Under the pieces are notes generated by a model. The model saw nothing but the letters and a program-made list of their open reading frames with translations, did no database searches and was not told the DNA's origin. This document shows, in pieces, positions 28,268-41,564 of a stretch of 64,000 nt of DNA. The position numbers and the translations under genes are program-made. The stretch is from Convolutriloba macropyga. Lineage: Eukaryota. The stretch's first letter is position 1; the number at the start of each line of letters is the position of its first letter. Location of the stretch: the NCBI RefSeq assembly GCF_964194025.1, contig NC_134474.1, forward strand, positions 74,338,001 through 74,402,000, read 5' to 3'.

Positions 28268-30299
28268 CTGAAGTGGAACAAACGCGACATTTCTAGCGCC
28301 CGGGGGGGGGGGGTTGTGGTCCCACAGAATTGCATAGAGAGATCATGCTTATTTCATAGAAGGACCAACTATGGATATAATTATTACCATTTTTGCGATG
28401 GGCTTAGAATATTGATAGAAACTGTTATAATTTTATTCTGAAAATTTCTGGATCAAAGTATGATTTTTTATGATTTCCTCTGAATCACATCAATTAATAA
28501 TTTAATTGATTAGTTAATTATTAAAGTTTTTAAATTAATGCTACTTGTAAGTACCATACTTGCTAATATTCTGAAATCATTTGCTTACTTTTTATGCATA
28601 CAACTTCTTTAATTTCATGCTAGTTCATAAATGATTTATATGATTTCTTAGTAGTCATATAATGATCATATATGATTTTTTGAAAATCCTACAGGAGTCA
28701 TACAAAAAAAATGAAAGCCGAATAATTATATAATTTTACTTTTCGATAGAAAGTGAAAAAGTTTCTCGGTAAATTATACAAGGTCATATACGGTGCATAA
28801 AAAATTGCCTGATGTCAAAAACTCTGATATTAAATAGTAAGAGAACATTTAAATATATATAGCCGGTGCAGTCCACATTTGACTGTTTGTGTGCAGTAAA
28901 ACAATAATTTTGGACATTTTATACGAATTTAAATAATAAAAAAAATTAGAAGCACCCACCTTTGATTTTGCACCCAACTTTGCACTTAGTATTGCATTAC
29001 AAGTTTTTTCGCAGTTCACAACGTGATGCTGGGGAATCACGTAAGTGATACCACACCGGTAAAAAAACATTATTTGAAGGAAAAAATGATTCATGATTCT
29101 CGGTAATCATATTAGGATCATACAAGACTTGCTGCTAAAAATACAATGATCATACATGATTTCTTTGGCTTCATACTAGGATTAATTTATGAATCAAGTA
29201 TTAATTTATGAATCATAAACGATCCTTGTATGAAATCAAAGAAACTTTAAATCGGATAAAGATTGTGGACTCAAATCATTTTTACCTTCTCTCAAATTGG
29301 ACAAATTGGTTCCAATCGTTTTGATAACTTTTTTAATTACGCATATTCATAGTTCAAAATTTTTCAACTATATTTGAAATCTGCTGACTCCTTTTAAGAG
29401 CCCGAGAAAATATTGGTACCATCATTTTTGATAAACTTTCCGAAGGGGCACATGAAAACAATTTTCAGTTTTTATATCACGTTAATCAAACTAAAATCAG
29501 TGATTTTTTATTAGCGAAACCAATAGCTAACAGCATGCATAGCAGAATGAGTTTAAGAAAAAAATTTTAACTGGCGCTGCTTTAGTAATTCCGGATCCCG
29601 GGGAGGCAAAAATGTAACCTTTTTTCTGAAATGTCAAAAAATTGAAATCGGAAATAACTTTGTTCAGATTGGACTTTAAATTCTTAAAACTAGGAGAGTA
29701 TAAATGTCTTATAAGCTAGAAAAACTCAAAATGTGGTCATAATATGCACAAATATTTTATCAGAAAAAAGAATGGAATAAATATAAGAGGTGACCGTTCA
29801 AACGTTCATATTGAAAAATTTAAACGCAAACGCGTGAAAATTAAGAGCACAAATGCTAAAAGTGTGACCTGAAATCAAAATAGTCTGGATATGAAAAAGT
29901 GAAAAAAGCTATTTCAATCTAAAAGTAGTCTGGCCACACCAACGCTCAGTCTATGAGCTGAACTTGGGTACCCAGGCAGAGGTTTTCAAACGTTTTCCTA
30001 TGATAAGGTAATAGAGCAAAATAATAATTGGACTTTCGTCGTGAGCATTTAAGCGCCAAAATATATAAAAAAGAACATTGTTAATTTCCTCTGGTACACA
30101 TGAGTATAAAAAGCAAATGGTAAAAGAGGCAATGTAAAGTTAAGAATATAATATTATGTAAAATTATAAAATCATTAAATTACTTAACTAAAAATTTGAC
30201 CTTACATTATTAAAAAATGGCCTAAAATGCGAGCATAAAATTTTCTCACAATTTTATATGTACATCATGAAGATTAAAAAATAAAATTAAAATCTAATG

Positions 30300-31148
30300 C
30301 TCTCAATGTCATCTTTTATATCAGTTACTTTTGGGTCCTTCAAAAATTCTTTACAAAATTATTCTTTCAGTTCTTTTTTTAAGGAAGCTTTCGACGTTGT
30401 ATTCAGTTTAATATTAGAAGGCAGACTATTATAAATTGGAATGGCTTATGCAATAAAAGAATCAGTTAAAAACTTATTGTTCTTTCTTATATCAAACGTT
30501 ACTTTTTTGACCTGTCATGTAGTTTTATTCTCATGGTAGAGAGAGGTTCAGTTTTACATGCTGGAAGATCGTTGCCGAGTACGCGAAAAAAAAATTTCAG
30601 CAATGGTATTTCAAGAGAAAAGAAACTGTTAGTATTTTGTTGCGAAGTTTGAGATCTGTAGACCGATCGTAATTTCTCCTATTAAAAATGGGTTTTATTC
30701 CCCAATTCAGTTGTTTTTCTAAAGTTGTGAGTAATGACATTTGCAACCCTATCAGAATTAGAGCTGAATAATGTAGATGACTTATTACTATTGCATTAAG
30801 TAATAAGACTTTCGTTTTCTCTGGTAAACTTTTATTTAGTGTATTCAAAACTTTTATTCCACAAGCCATTCTCTGAAGAATCTTTTTAACTTCTCCATCA
30901 AATTTTAGTTTGCTATCAATAATTACGCCAAGATACTTCACACTATTTGATTCTGCTATTCTTTCATTGTCGACATTCAGAACAGTATTTGTTAAACTCG
31001 TCCTGGTGCTGAACACAATATATTCTGTTTTTTGTTTGTTCACTACTAACTGGGACTTTGCAAAAAAGTCAATAATTTTTGAGATGTTATGTTCAAGTTT
31101 TGTTTTTGACGATATTTCATCAGTGTCGGATGTAATATCACATTTCAA
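30300..31148 (-). mobile_element. 5'-truncated LINE (CR1/L2-like) fragment, RT C-terminus
   Basis: NKQKTEYIVF, SVKYLGVIIDSKLKF and ISHLHYS are typical non-LTR RT/thumb motifs. Confidence 0.85.
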
Positions 31149-32190
31149 TAGTAAAAAAAAATTTTAACTCTCAAATAATGAATCTCAAATGTACTTAAAG
31201 TTTTTTTATTGACAGTTTATCTTCATTATCTTTTTAAATGAAGTCGTTGAGCTCACTCAAACCAAAATTTATCAAAGGGAGTCTGAAAAATTAAATTTGC
31301 CCGAAATGAAATATAAGCAATACGTTGTCATAATTTTGCAACATCAACTGTAATTACTGTAGTACTATACAACCTGTAAATGCTTAGGTAGTCGTGTAAG
31401 TAATTACTATGATTCGCATTTATCTTAGTGGATACGAACACTTATGCAACTTAAATGATCATCTGGTTCCCACCTGGAGGTTCGAATTACATATGAAGCA
31501 AACATTTTAGTTTCGAGTTAAATTTTAACCCCAAATCAAGAATAGCCATAGTCTAATTTGTGATATGAACAGATTACTGTATATCCCAAAAAAATTATGT
31601 TTTGAAGCTGATACTGCGCTAAATTGCGGTGTCATCCTCCACAGGTAATTTAGACAAATTTGGATTTGATATTAGCAAAAAATATATTCGGTCTAAAGTT
31701 CTGATCATAAATCTATGGTGCAGGGAATAATGTTACTTGAATTTGTCACTTTGCTACTCCACTATAGATCTGAACGACACTTCATTTAGATATGAATGAA
31801 AGAAATTATAAATAATTGCATTAAAAGCCCCCCCATTGCTAATGTTTGACTGAAAAGACTACTTAGAAACGAGGTGTGATAGTTGGGTTTCGAAACTAGA
31901 TCTTAATTAATTGATAAAAGAATTTGAGATATAAATTATAGGCTAAATAAATCTGTTGACACTGTTGTCCACAACAGCCCCGAAGTTTATGCTTTGCGAC
32001 AAAATTGTACTTTTGCGGCCTAATGAAAAATCTGAAAAAAACTCAAACTCTGAGACGTTTTTGATGCAGTTTTTGCTTTTTTTCAAATTATGGTAATACG
32101 CTCGCCATGACTTTTACACACTGAGCCAACCATAAACAGATGATCAGATAAAACGTGCTAAACGGATCTAAGAGTGTGCAGTTGTCATAC

Positions 32191-32412
32191 CTATTTCGTT
32201 CAGCTGGGAGAGAATTTCCTCGCTAGCCAGTCTAGGTACCGGCGCTCCTCCTCCTCCACTGGCGTGGGAAGCTTTTTGTGCGGACCACATCTTATGTGAG
32301 GGGATGGGGGTATTCTCTGTTTGCTCCTCGCCTTTCATTGAGGTCATTTGTGTGACAGGAGAGCCAGAAGAGGGCACGGGGGGTAACACAGCTGGAGGTA
32401 GTCTGGTTTGTT
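32191..32412 (-). CDS. STMND1: STMND1-like protein, exon 3
   Basis: Acceptor TTTTGGAGTAG|AA (phase 1), donor ATAG|GTATGA (phase 1); ends ASEEILSQLNEIG, resembling the STMND1 'DILEEL..QGII' block. Confidence 0.75.
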
Positions 32413-33715
32413 CTACTCCAAAATGAACAGAAGTTAATTGTCATCATTTATTGTCATTTGACATTGCAAAACTTTGTTTAATCTAGAAATATGGTGGCCA
32501 TTTTCTTCTCCTTTAATAGCCGGCAATCAAAAAACTACTTTATTTGGCAATCAAAAGTGAAACTTTAGTTAAAGCGTAAGCTTTGGAACAAATATCTCCA
32601 TAACATTCTCTGTAAATTAATAAAGCTTTTCGGTATTCCAAGTGTTCTCGAACGACTAGTGGGAGCTCTAATGAATTGCAGCCTGCTTCAGTCGGGGGGG
32701 GGGGGGGGAGTCTAAATGGGACTAAGAAGTTCAATAGTGGGCTTCAAATAACCACATTAGAGGTTGACATATACCACTATTAAGATTTAAAGTGAAAAAT
32801 GGCACCAGTTTCGGCGCACTTTTCAATTGACTTTTAGTATTAAAATGCCGCCAATTGTTGAGTTCAGCTGCTTGAAATTGTGATTGAGAGAGAATTTTAG
32901 ATGACGCGAAACGCAAAAAGTCAAGGGCGTAAAAGTCACTCGAAAAGTCAAAACGGTCAAGTGAAAATTTTGCATAAAAAGACACACACGTTCACAATAA
33001 TTGGTTCTCTACGAGAGCAATTAAAAACGCTGTTATAGCCGTAGGCGAGTTTTCTGATTGCTTGGGGTTTCTTCTCTACAATTATGCACATAAATATTAG
33101 AAGATAAATCAAACATAACTATTACAAAACTTTTACATAAATCTTACTGCTGTCTCCTACTGATTACATTGATTGTTTCCCCAACTTTTGTTAGAACTGT
33201 TACCAGCAAGGATTGTGGCCCAAATTGAAAGCAATAGAGACCGGGCAAAGCATTAGGGACGGTAGATGCTAGATTTTTGTCAAGTTTTTTTTAGCAAGCA
33301 AGAAACATGTAGCAATGAAGGCAGAGGGTCAAAAAAAAGTAAAAATATATGCAACATTGAAACTGAACTTGTCAGATTTGGAGCATGGACCGTATAAAAA
33401 AACTTCGATATTTATAGCGCCATCTAGTGTGAAAAAATTGCTAAAAGATTGAAACCAGCGCTTTAAAATGTTTTTTTTTGCAGATGATAGTAGAAGATTG
33501 AACGCAACAAAAATTTTCTAAACCCGGGTCGAGGTTTGGCGGTGAATTTTTGTAAGAAATGCGAAGAAATGCGGTGAAAAATTATTTTCACCGCGTATTT
33601 CTTTCATCATTTTGCGATGAATGCGATAAATCGTGGTGACTTTTTTATTTTCACCGTGTTCTCAGTATTCTTACAAAAATGAAGCTTCCTTACATGGGCT
33701 CAAACCTCTTACCTA

Positions 33716-35995
33716 TTTGATATGATTTGACTTATAATGTGTTCAATTAGCAGTGAACTGCTAATTGCAATTTCTCAGGTGGTAGTTTACACCACCTTTT
33801 AAACTGCGCTTTCACTTTGGTTTGCATTTGGTTTTGGTACTTTTGTTGGTTTCTTGTGGTTTAAATTGAGTACTTGTCTGGAGGATGGAGGCAGAGAGAT
33901 TGGTTTGGATGGAATACTTGGTTGTGGAATTTTTTGAGCCTTTGTTATGTTTTCGTGGAAGGATGGAGGGGGCCTGGGAGTGACAGCAAAGAAATTTCAG
34001 AGGAAGTTTGGGAAAGAAGGAGGGTGGGGGGGGAGAGTGAAAGAGTAGAGTCTTCAGAGAAGAAGAAAGCAGGAAAAGAGAAAAAGAAGAAGGAAAGAAG
34101 ACCACCGACAGCCAGCCCTCGCTTTCAGAGGACGAGCAGTCGGCTTGCGAACTGAGAGTACTAAAGCTTGTAGTTTATGCCTTTTTTTGAGGCGGTTATA
34201 TTCGCCCTTGCGGGGATGAGTGGTTGTTCCCGAGCGGGACCAGAGTATGCTGCCCTCCCTTACTGGTGCCCCGGAGTTAGTGTGGGGCGAGTTTCAAGGC
34301 CTCAGCATGATTCCAACGATCATGCTGCCCTCCCTTGCTGATACCCTGGAGTTAGATCAGCTTCAAGACCTAGACTGATTCCCGTGACCAGCCTAGTCTC
34401 CCACACTGATCTTTCTGATGTGGTTTGATTCGGTTCATTGGTTAGTGAGCATCTGAGGACGAATTTCAGGGGATGGAAATGCCTTAACATATACAAATAA
34501 AGACATATACGCGCTTTAGGCATCCAGGCATACCAGGCATACATACACACATGTGAACACATAACAACCATACATGCAGAAAAAAAGTGTTTTGGCCCAG
34601 GCAGTGCATTTTTGAATGGTTTCAGCTAACATCTTGAGTCATACCCCAAGACGTCCGCATCCACCTTTGTTCTGTAGATTTTTGGAAGAGTTTGCTACTA
34701 TTTTTGATGGGTTCAGCTAACGTCTCGAGTCATACCCCAAGACGTCCACATCCACCTTTGTTTTAGAGTTTTGCCCTAAATTTCGGTTTTATCCTTATGC
34801 TCTTTTCTTTTTTTCTTGTTATTATGAATGGCTTCAGCTAACGTCTCGAGCCATACCCCAAGACGTCCGCATTCACCTTTGTTTTAGAGTTTTGCCTTAG
34901 TTTTCGTTTTTCCTTTTTTGCCCCTTTCTTTTGATTCTTTTTTGTTTCGAATGGCTTCAGCTAACGTCTCGAGTCACACTCCAAGATTTCCGCATTCACT
35001 GTTGTTTGATTTTTTTCTATAAAATGTTTTGCAAAGGCGTTTGATACATATTGATCTGGCTCCAAGTTAGCAAAAGTTTTCTATTATGTTTTTAATTTCT
35101 TTGTTTCGCTTTATAGCCCCTGCAAGGAATTCTGAGCTTAACTTTGGATTCTATTATTTACTGTTACTAAGTTTCTTATTTGATGAAGTTCATCTACGTT
35201 CCTCCACAATGGCAGCTTATATGCAAGTCTTATAGCTTTATTTTGTTCTTTTTGTATCTTGAAGAGATCACTTTTTGTTACATTTGCCCAAGCTGCATTT
35301 GCATTAATGCATAGTGGTCTTACCATTGTTTTATTTAGGTACATGATAATATTAGATTTTATGTTTTTTGATTTTAGATGTCATAGCATGTTGATCCTTT
35401 GTTGCATTTTTGCGACTATTTTGTTGACATGATTTGTCCATGTCAATTTATAGTTGAGATGAAGCCCGAGAAATTTTACTTCTTTGCTGACGTTGATGTC
35501 TTCTGATTCTATTCTTAGCCTCAGATTTGTGTTCAGAGTTTGTCTAGTGAATATAGTGTATATTGTTGTTCCCGCGTTGAAGAGTATTTTCCATTTATCG
35601 CACCATTTTTCTAGGTGTTTAATTGCGATTTGAAGATGTTTAGAACCTAATTCTTGCTTTTCATGTGTTTAGTGTATAGCAATATCATCAACATATTGTG
35701 AGATTGATGTGTCTTTACATTTCGGTTTGCTTACATACATATTGAACAAAATTGTGCTCATAATTCTCCCTTGGGGGACCCCTGCTTCGGGTGTAAAGCT
35801 TTTAGCAATTCCTTGGTTGTATTTTACTTTGAATTTTCTGTTACTTAGGAAGCTGCTATTCCATTTTCTGATCCACCATGGTGTGTTGATTTGGATTTGC
35901 TTATATAAGATATCTTCGTGCCATACTGAGTCAAAAGCTTGCTCTACATCTAAGAAGGCAGCAGACGTGGCGCCTTTCCCATTAAAGCTTGATGT
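33716..35995 (-). mobile_element. 5'-truncated LINE (jockey/I-group-like RT) with long 3' UTR
   Basis: The minus strand reads AAFLDVEQAFDSVWH, AGVPQG, LFNIYV, QYVDD and VKFLGL; 3' hairpin CAATTAGCAG-TGAA-CTGCTAATTG at ~33744-33767 and a short TCAAA-like tail near 33716. Confidence 0.85.
34613..35003 (-). repeat. Four ~55-bp stem-loop repeats with T-rich spacers in the LINE 3' UTR
   Basis: GAATGGCTTCAGCTAACGTCTCGAG(T/C)CATACCCCAAGACGTCCGCATTC variants start at about 34613, 34705, 34825 and 34948. Confidence 0.85.
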
Positions 35996-37599
35996 TAAGA
36001 CAAAAGTTGATGCGGTTAATTTTTGTAAGACATGCAGTGAAATTCGCGGTGTATTTTTGTAAGAAATGCGGTGAAATATGGTGAAGTATTTTTTTCATCG
36101 AATTAACCGCAATCACCGCATTTCTTACAAAAATTCACCGTGTTCACCGCATTTTTTTTGCAAAGTTCACCCAAAAACCTCGACCCGGAAATAATAAAAA
36201 CCTTTATAAGTGATCTTTACAAAGAAGTGAGATACCAGCGCTTTATCGCGGTTCTTGCATTCCCATTTAGTTTTATCAATTTTCATCTAGTATATAAATT
36301 GCTCCTGTAAATCTGTACTCTCTATCTTTCTTATAATGGAATATTTTCATTATTCTCTCCAGAGAATATATATTTCTGGTGTTTAGAACGAAACGCTTTC
36401 ATTTGGCCTGCAAAATTTCATAGTTTAACATAGTCAGATGCTAAAATTGACTATTTTGTTGAAAAAAATCTTAATGCTGTTTCAGCTGTTTCATCAGAAA
36501 GATTTAACTACAGACTAACGCTGATAAGAAATGCAGAACTGGCTGAGAATGAAAAAAAGATGATTTTAAAAGAATTGTTTGGAAATGGCTACATTTTTTG
36601 GTCACCAAATTCCACAAAATGGCCAGTTTGGCTACTTCGAGGATTTTGGAGACAAAATTTGTCCCTCGGATCCCGCATTTTTAAACTAATGAACTTCATT
36701 TACCGGATGCAATTTCCAGAAGCTAAGTCCCTTGATATCCACGAAACATTAAAGAAACAAATGTTTTTTTCCACAACTACTAATCCGACTTCAACGACGC
36801 TTTCAAAACAAGAACACAGCGACGGAAAGGAGTGCTGGAACATTCAAACTATATAGTGCCTATGATGATTTAGGTTTATTTACATTATACTTTTGATTTT
36901 ATATTGTTTGTTTGTTTAAGATAACAATCAAATGCAAATAACACAAAAAGGAAAAGTTTTTTAGCTCATCTGTTTTTGTTTTTAATTAATTTAATTTTCT
37001 TAGAAAGTTCATTTGAAATATTTAGATAAAACTGCTATAATATTTTTTAAAATTTTGCACAGTCGGCTCAACCAGACCAACTTGTAAAAATCACAAAATG
37101 AATCAGTATAGGCTTAAATATAGTGGGCATTCACTTAATGGAGATTAAACAAGTACTGTCTTAGTTTCTCAAAATATTTATCGTATGAAAAATAATCGGT
37201 AATTATCAACTTCTAAAAAATTTTTTGTCAGAAAAATGATCATTAATGGTTTATTTGTGGATGGTTCTCTGTAAGAAAAGTGATCAGTATTATATTAAAT
37301 TTTGAAAAATCCCTCAGCATGAATAGTGATCTGCAATTATTTGATATTTCCACCTCAGTTGATTAAATTCAAATTTCAACAAAATTTTATTTTTTAGCTT
37401 TTAGAAAAGTTTTTTTGAGAATTAAAACACTGTGTTTATTTGCAAAGCACAGTAAAAAAACGTTCGTAGTAAAAAAATCTTTCTCCATCGAGTGCTAATT
37501 GTGCCTTGTATGCTGTTATTAATTATTCTCCCGATAGCTAAATTCGTTAAGTTTAATTTCAAAGGATACAATATTTTGGATGAGTTGGATGTGCATTGC

Positions 37600-39270
37600 G
37601 AGAAAGTATGTCTAAAAAGTGAAAGCGCAGAAGAGTACTGTTCTATTTTATTAACGAATGTTAAATAACAATAATGTTTCTGACGATTTACTGGTGGTCC
37701 TACCCAAGATTATGATGAGCAACTTTTTTGAAAAAAAACCCAGCTCCCCTACCAAATAAGGTGGAGCATTTCAACTGTTTCATTCCCACAAAACGTTTTT
37801 TAATACATTTTTAAAAAAACTTATAGTGTGGGATATGGTGACAAAAGAAAGATAATAATAAATGGCATTTTCACAACAATATTGTCCTTTTTCGTCGTAT
37901 TCCAAAAATTAGCGCAATATTAAATGAAAATAGGAGCGTTGGATAGCAACGTGGAGCTAATGAACATTTTGCCATCAGAATAAGATTTTTTTCTATCAAA
38001 AGAAGAACGTTAACTCTCGATTTCTTCTCCCTCTACAAAGGCCATTAGCACCCCACTCTTTTGCAGGCATCCCAGAATTAGCAGTCGTTCTTTTTCAGGA
38101 ACGCCGAGTTGAACTAAATTTTATTACTCAAACAAAGCAAGCTCCAAATTAGACAGATGCCGTTATTCACATCAGTTGGTGTACAATATGTTCGCCATAC
38201 ACAAACGTTAATTCCCAGTGTTATTTAAAAAAATTATTACAATTGTCAATTCTACAAGGATTTACTGAAGTAGATTTGGAACAATCGATTGATATTCGAC
38301 AGGGTTAACAAAAACTCTAAACGTCAGATTACTTCCCAACGATTAGATGCTGCAGTAGCTCTTAGAACTATTGGAGTGAACTACTTCGGCCATTTTACTA
38401 AAAAATTGGCGAAAAAACAAAAAACGATGATGTTTCCTGTTTACTTGTCCAACTGTGAGCACGGTCAAATTGAGGTGATCCTGAGTTAGACACAAATAGT
38501 TGTCTCAATGCAGTTATGCAATTCATTGCCAGAGGCCAAGTACAATGATCAGCAACAACAGTGATAGTTTTTGCTTCAGCTCAATGAGAGTTCACAGTAT
38601 ATATTGTGGCATGGAAGAGAGAAGGGATTGGTGAAAACCTGAATCAACAGGGAATCCGTTGCAAACTCAACCAACCGGCAGCAAGTCATTTCGCAGCAGT
38701 ATGGGAACGGTGAGTCATATATAGCAAGGAAGCAAATTAAGCAGTGTTGGGGAACAGATCTTTCACCGAGAACGGTCTTTCGACCGCCATGTGTATTGTG
38801 GAGCAATTATTGAAAGCAAGACTGTTGACCACGGTCTATTAAGATGTTAAAGACTTGGAATCACTGACTCCCAATAACTTCTTGCTTGTTAACAGCAAAA
38901 GTTTCCCGCTATAGCTACTTGCGAGGAGAAATTCGTGGATCTTTGAAAGCTCTTTCGATAAATTCAAGTTTATGAAAATCCAATTTGGGATAGAGTTCTT
39001 AATAAATCATTGCTTCCTTCTAATTATTGGCAAAAATGGTAAGCAACTACAGCAAACAACACCACTAGAGATGGCGAACTCATTCGGTTGATCCAAGATT
39101 GTAACGAGCGGCGGTATTACAAAATGGGTCGAGTTACAGAGAGCATAGAAAGGTCTGTAGGTGTGGTTGGGTCAGCGAAAGTTTGAACAAATGATGGAGT
39201 CATGAAGCTCGCACCTGTACTGCCAAACAGGAATGATGTTTAAGCGTTAGAAAACAGGGCTGGCGATCTT
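37600..39270 (+). mobile_element. Degenerate BEL/Pao LTR retrotransposon, integrase region
   Basis: IGVNYFGHF (GVDYFGPF), LFTC-like and IEV remnants, C-terminal MGRVTE...SAKV*TNDGVMKLAP, and the terminal purine tract GAAAACAGGGCTGGCGA. Confidence 0.75.
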
Positions 39271-39598
39271 AAAGCCTTTAAACTAAAATTTCCATTTTTG
39301 TTACGCAAACGTTGTTTTACGTTATTGTTGAAAAAACTTTTTACGTCAATGCTACATCGTTTTACAGAGGGGGATGTAGAATACTCAATGGGCATTCGAC
39401 ATGGTTTTATGTTCTCATCGTTCTCATGTTATTTCTTGGTCCTCAAGGCTTCATCTCTCGGGCCAAGTATACGTTGAACAGGCAGAGCTTCTTGTCAAGC
39501 TTATGTTTTATGAACAATTTACATTGGGTTGTTCTCTCCTAACCTAACACCAAACAAAGACACTACAAAATTTAGTTAACTCTTAAAAAAGGGCTCAC

Positions 39599-39874
39599 CA
39601 ATACTAATTCCGCTATCCTGAGACGCTTTAGACTGTGCCGATCCCTTGCGCATGTCAAGGTCCTGAGAGGAGATACCAAAAGTGCCAGTTGCTGGCTCTA
39701 TCCGAGGCAGCACTGTGACTGTGTGGATCTGATGCTTGACTGGAATTGGAGAAGCCGGCGAGTTGGTGTTGTTGTCCACACCTATCCTGTTCTTCCTCCC
39801 CCTGGAATCAGCTGTGAGCACTACTGGACCAGAGCCTGGGCGAGAGAACACCAGACCATCAGCCGTCTGACCCT
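39599..39874 (-). CDS. STMND1: STMND1-like protein, exon 2
   Basis: Acceptor TGTTTGTCAG|AG (phase 1), donor ATTG|GTGAGC (phase 1); contains SAQSKASQDSGI, similar to the STMND1 SK..DSG motif. Confidence 0.75.
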
Positions 39875-39951
39875 CTGACAAACAACAACAACATAATTTT
39901 TGGCAAATATCCGTCTCTGTTTCTCTTCTATTTCTCTTCTATGAATGAAGG

Positions 39952-40093
39952 TGTCTTTCCCATTATAGCCCCCTCAATGTAGTATGGTTATATAACATAT
40001 AGCCTCTACCTCCAAAAACTACCCAAAATAATGGGGGCTATAATGTCGCGGGGGAGGGGCTATAATTCCGTGGAGGGGGGAGTAAAAAGACTC
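39952..40093. mobile_element. Degenerate MITE family B
   Basis: GTCTTTCCCATTATAGCCCCC terminus and GGGGCTATAAT inverted motifs. Confidence 0.55.
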
Positions 40094-40388
40094 TAATTAA
40101 GTTCCACCTTTAATACTTGATAATGTGCGACCTTTTAAGTGCGTAGAACAGTAAACTAGTCCTATATCTAATCAAAAAATCTACACAAAAAACTGCTATC
40201 AATTCAATTTCATGCATTAGATTACACGAGTTAATGGATAAACAAAGATTTGTTTTCTTAAAAAAAAAACAATTTAATCTCGACTGTATATTTGTTCACA
40301 CCATAATCACTGATGGAAAGTTTGGAAGAATATTTTACTTTATTCTGCAATCAGAAAGCAGTCAGCAGTACTAGTGGTTGAAAGTTTG

Positions 40389-40584
40389 AGATCTATTCTG
40401 TTTCCCTTCCCCCAACCTCCCTCCCCCCCCCCCCCCCCCCCCACATAGTCTTTTCATGCCCCCCCCCATTACAATTTATGTTTTGTTATGTAGCACGTTA
40501 CTATGTAAAAAATAGCACGTGCGCCTGAGGGGCGTAAAAGCTGTGAGGGGGGATGGGGATGGGGAGGGGGAACATAATAGATCC
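40389..40584. mobile_element. MITE family C (TIR GGATCTATTCTGTT)
   Basis: AGATCTATTCTGTTTCCC...GGGAACATAATAGATCC, flanked on both sides by GAAAGTT. Confidence 0.65.
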
Positions 40585-40814
40585 GAAAGTTGACATAAAA
40601 CAAAGTGAAATGAAATTGGAAAAATAAACCTGTGCATGTTAATGTTTTTGAGTAAAGTTAAAGAGGACCAAAAATAATACAAAAGTGGAATGAGAGTGAA
40701 ACTCGATTGTGCCCACTCTTCAGCTCGTGTCTCCAATTCCTAACGACGGAGAAAAACTTCTAACCATATTCTCACTTTTCTGGAAAAAGGCTTATAACTT
40801 TGAGTAGTAAAAAA

Positions 40815-40869
40815 AACAAGGAGGCTCGTTAATGTGCGTTCGCACATGATGTTCCGACCCGAGCTCATC
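40815..40869. repeat. Dispersed short repeat with hairpin TGTGCGTTCGCACA (possible Helentron/HINE-like terminus)
   Basis: Reverse-complement copies at ~6019-6072 and ~61062-61115 that end in CCTTGTT. Confidence 0.5.
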
Positions 40870-40909
40870 TACAATTTTGACTTAGTTGTCAACCAAATGA
40901 AGAGACAAT

Positions 40910-41090
40910 AGTAGTATTATATAGCTGTATTGGGATGGGGGGGTTATCCTGCCATGAGGATAATAGGGTATAGAATGCATGAGGATAATATGGAGTGGTA
41001 TATCCCATGAGGATAATATGGAGTGGTATATCCCATGAGGATAATATGGAGTGGTATATCCCATGAGGATAATATGGAGTGGTATATCCC
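40910..41090 (+). repeat. Polinton left TIR with 4 perfect 28-bp tandem units
   Basis: AGTAGTATTATATAGCTGTATTGGGAT..., then ATGAGGATAATATGGAGTGGTATATCCC x4 at 40979-41090; reverse complement of 53075-53254. Confidence 0.96.
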
Positions 41091-41097
41091 TTCTGAT

Positions 41098-41477
41098 CTA
41101 CATGTAAATTGAGAAGGAAGAATTGCCGCGACTGAACTTGCGTTTGAATTGTACATGTAAATTGAGAATGTAAATAAGAAAAAATTACCGCGATCAACTT
41201 TGCATTTAAAAAGATTATTTACCGAGCTCCCGATTTATGTGAAAACGGATCAAACAACAATTTATTATTTTGTATTTCCAACTGTAAACCAAACAAATTA
41301 AAACAATTAACTACTTCACAAAATCCAAACTGCGGAGCACTTTGAAAACAGGTTCTAAAACTTAAAGTTAAACCAAAATTCACGTACAAACAATAATTTA
41401 CCTCACAAAATCAAACTGCGGAACACTTTGAAAACACGCTCTGAAACTTAAAGTTATACCAAAAATCACGTACAAAA
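41098..41477. repeat. Polinton subterminal direct repeats (two pairs)
   Basis: TACATGTAAATTGAGAA...CCGCGA twice (~41098-41210); an ~87-bp unit CACAAAATC..AAACTGCGGA.CACTTTGAAAACA...CACGTACAAA twice (~41302-41477). Confidence 0.8.
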
Positions 41478-41564
41478 TTGCGTAGAAGTGGAAACTAAGG
41501 TAAGTTTGTTTGAATTAATTTAGCAAGCAACAAAACGCTCAAGCGTTGGGTTTTGCTATGAATT

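Larger units (their letters stand above)
33524..36188. mobile_element. Non-autonomous DNA transposon/MITE interrupted by a LINE
   Basis: TIR CCGGGTCGAGGTTT at 33524 and AAACCTCGACCCGG ending at 36188; both arms carry GTAAGAAATGCGGTGAA / TTCACCGCATTT subterminal repeats. Confidence 0.75.

Noticed and set aside
34613-35003. Hammerhead ribozyme or CRISPR reading of the LINE 3' repeats
   Set aside because: CTGAAG is present, but the CUGANGA...GAAA core and three-stem junction are not; the spacers are low-complexity and partly homologous.
40979-41090. 28-bp repeats (also 53019-53186) as a CRISPR array
   Set aside because: Units are head-to-tail with no spacers, sit inside Polinton TIRs, and there are no cas genes in this eukaryotic context.
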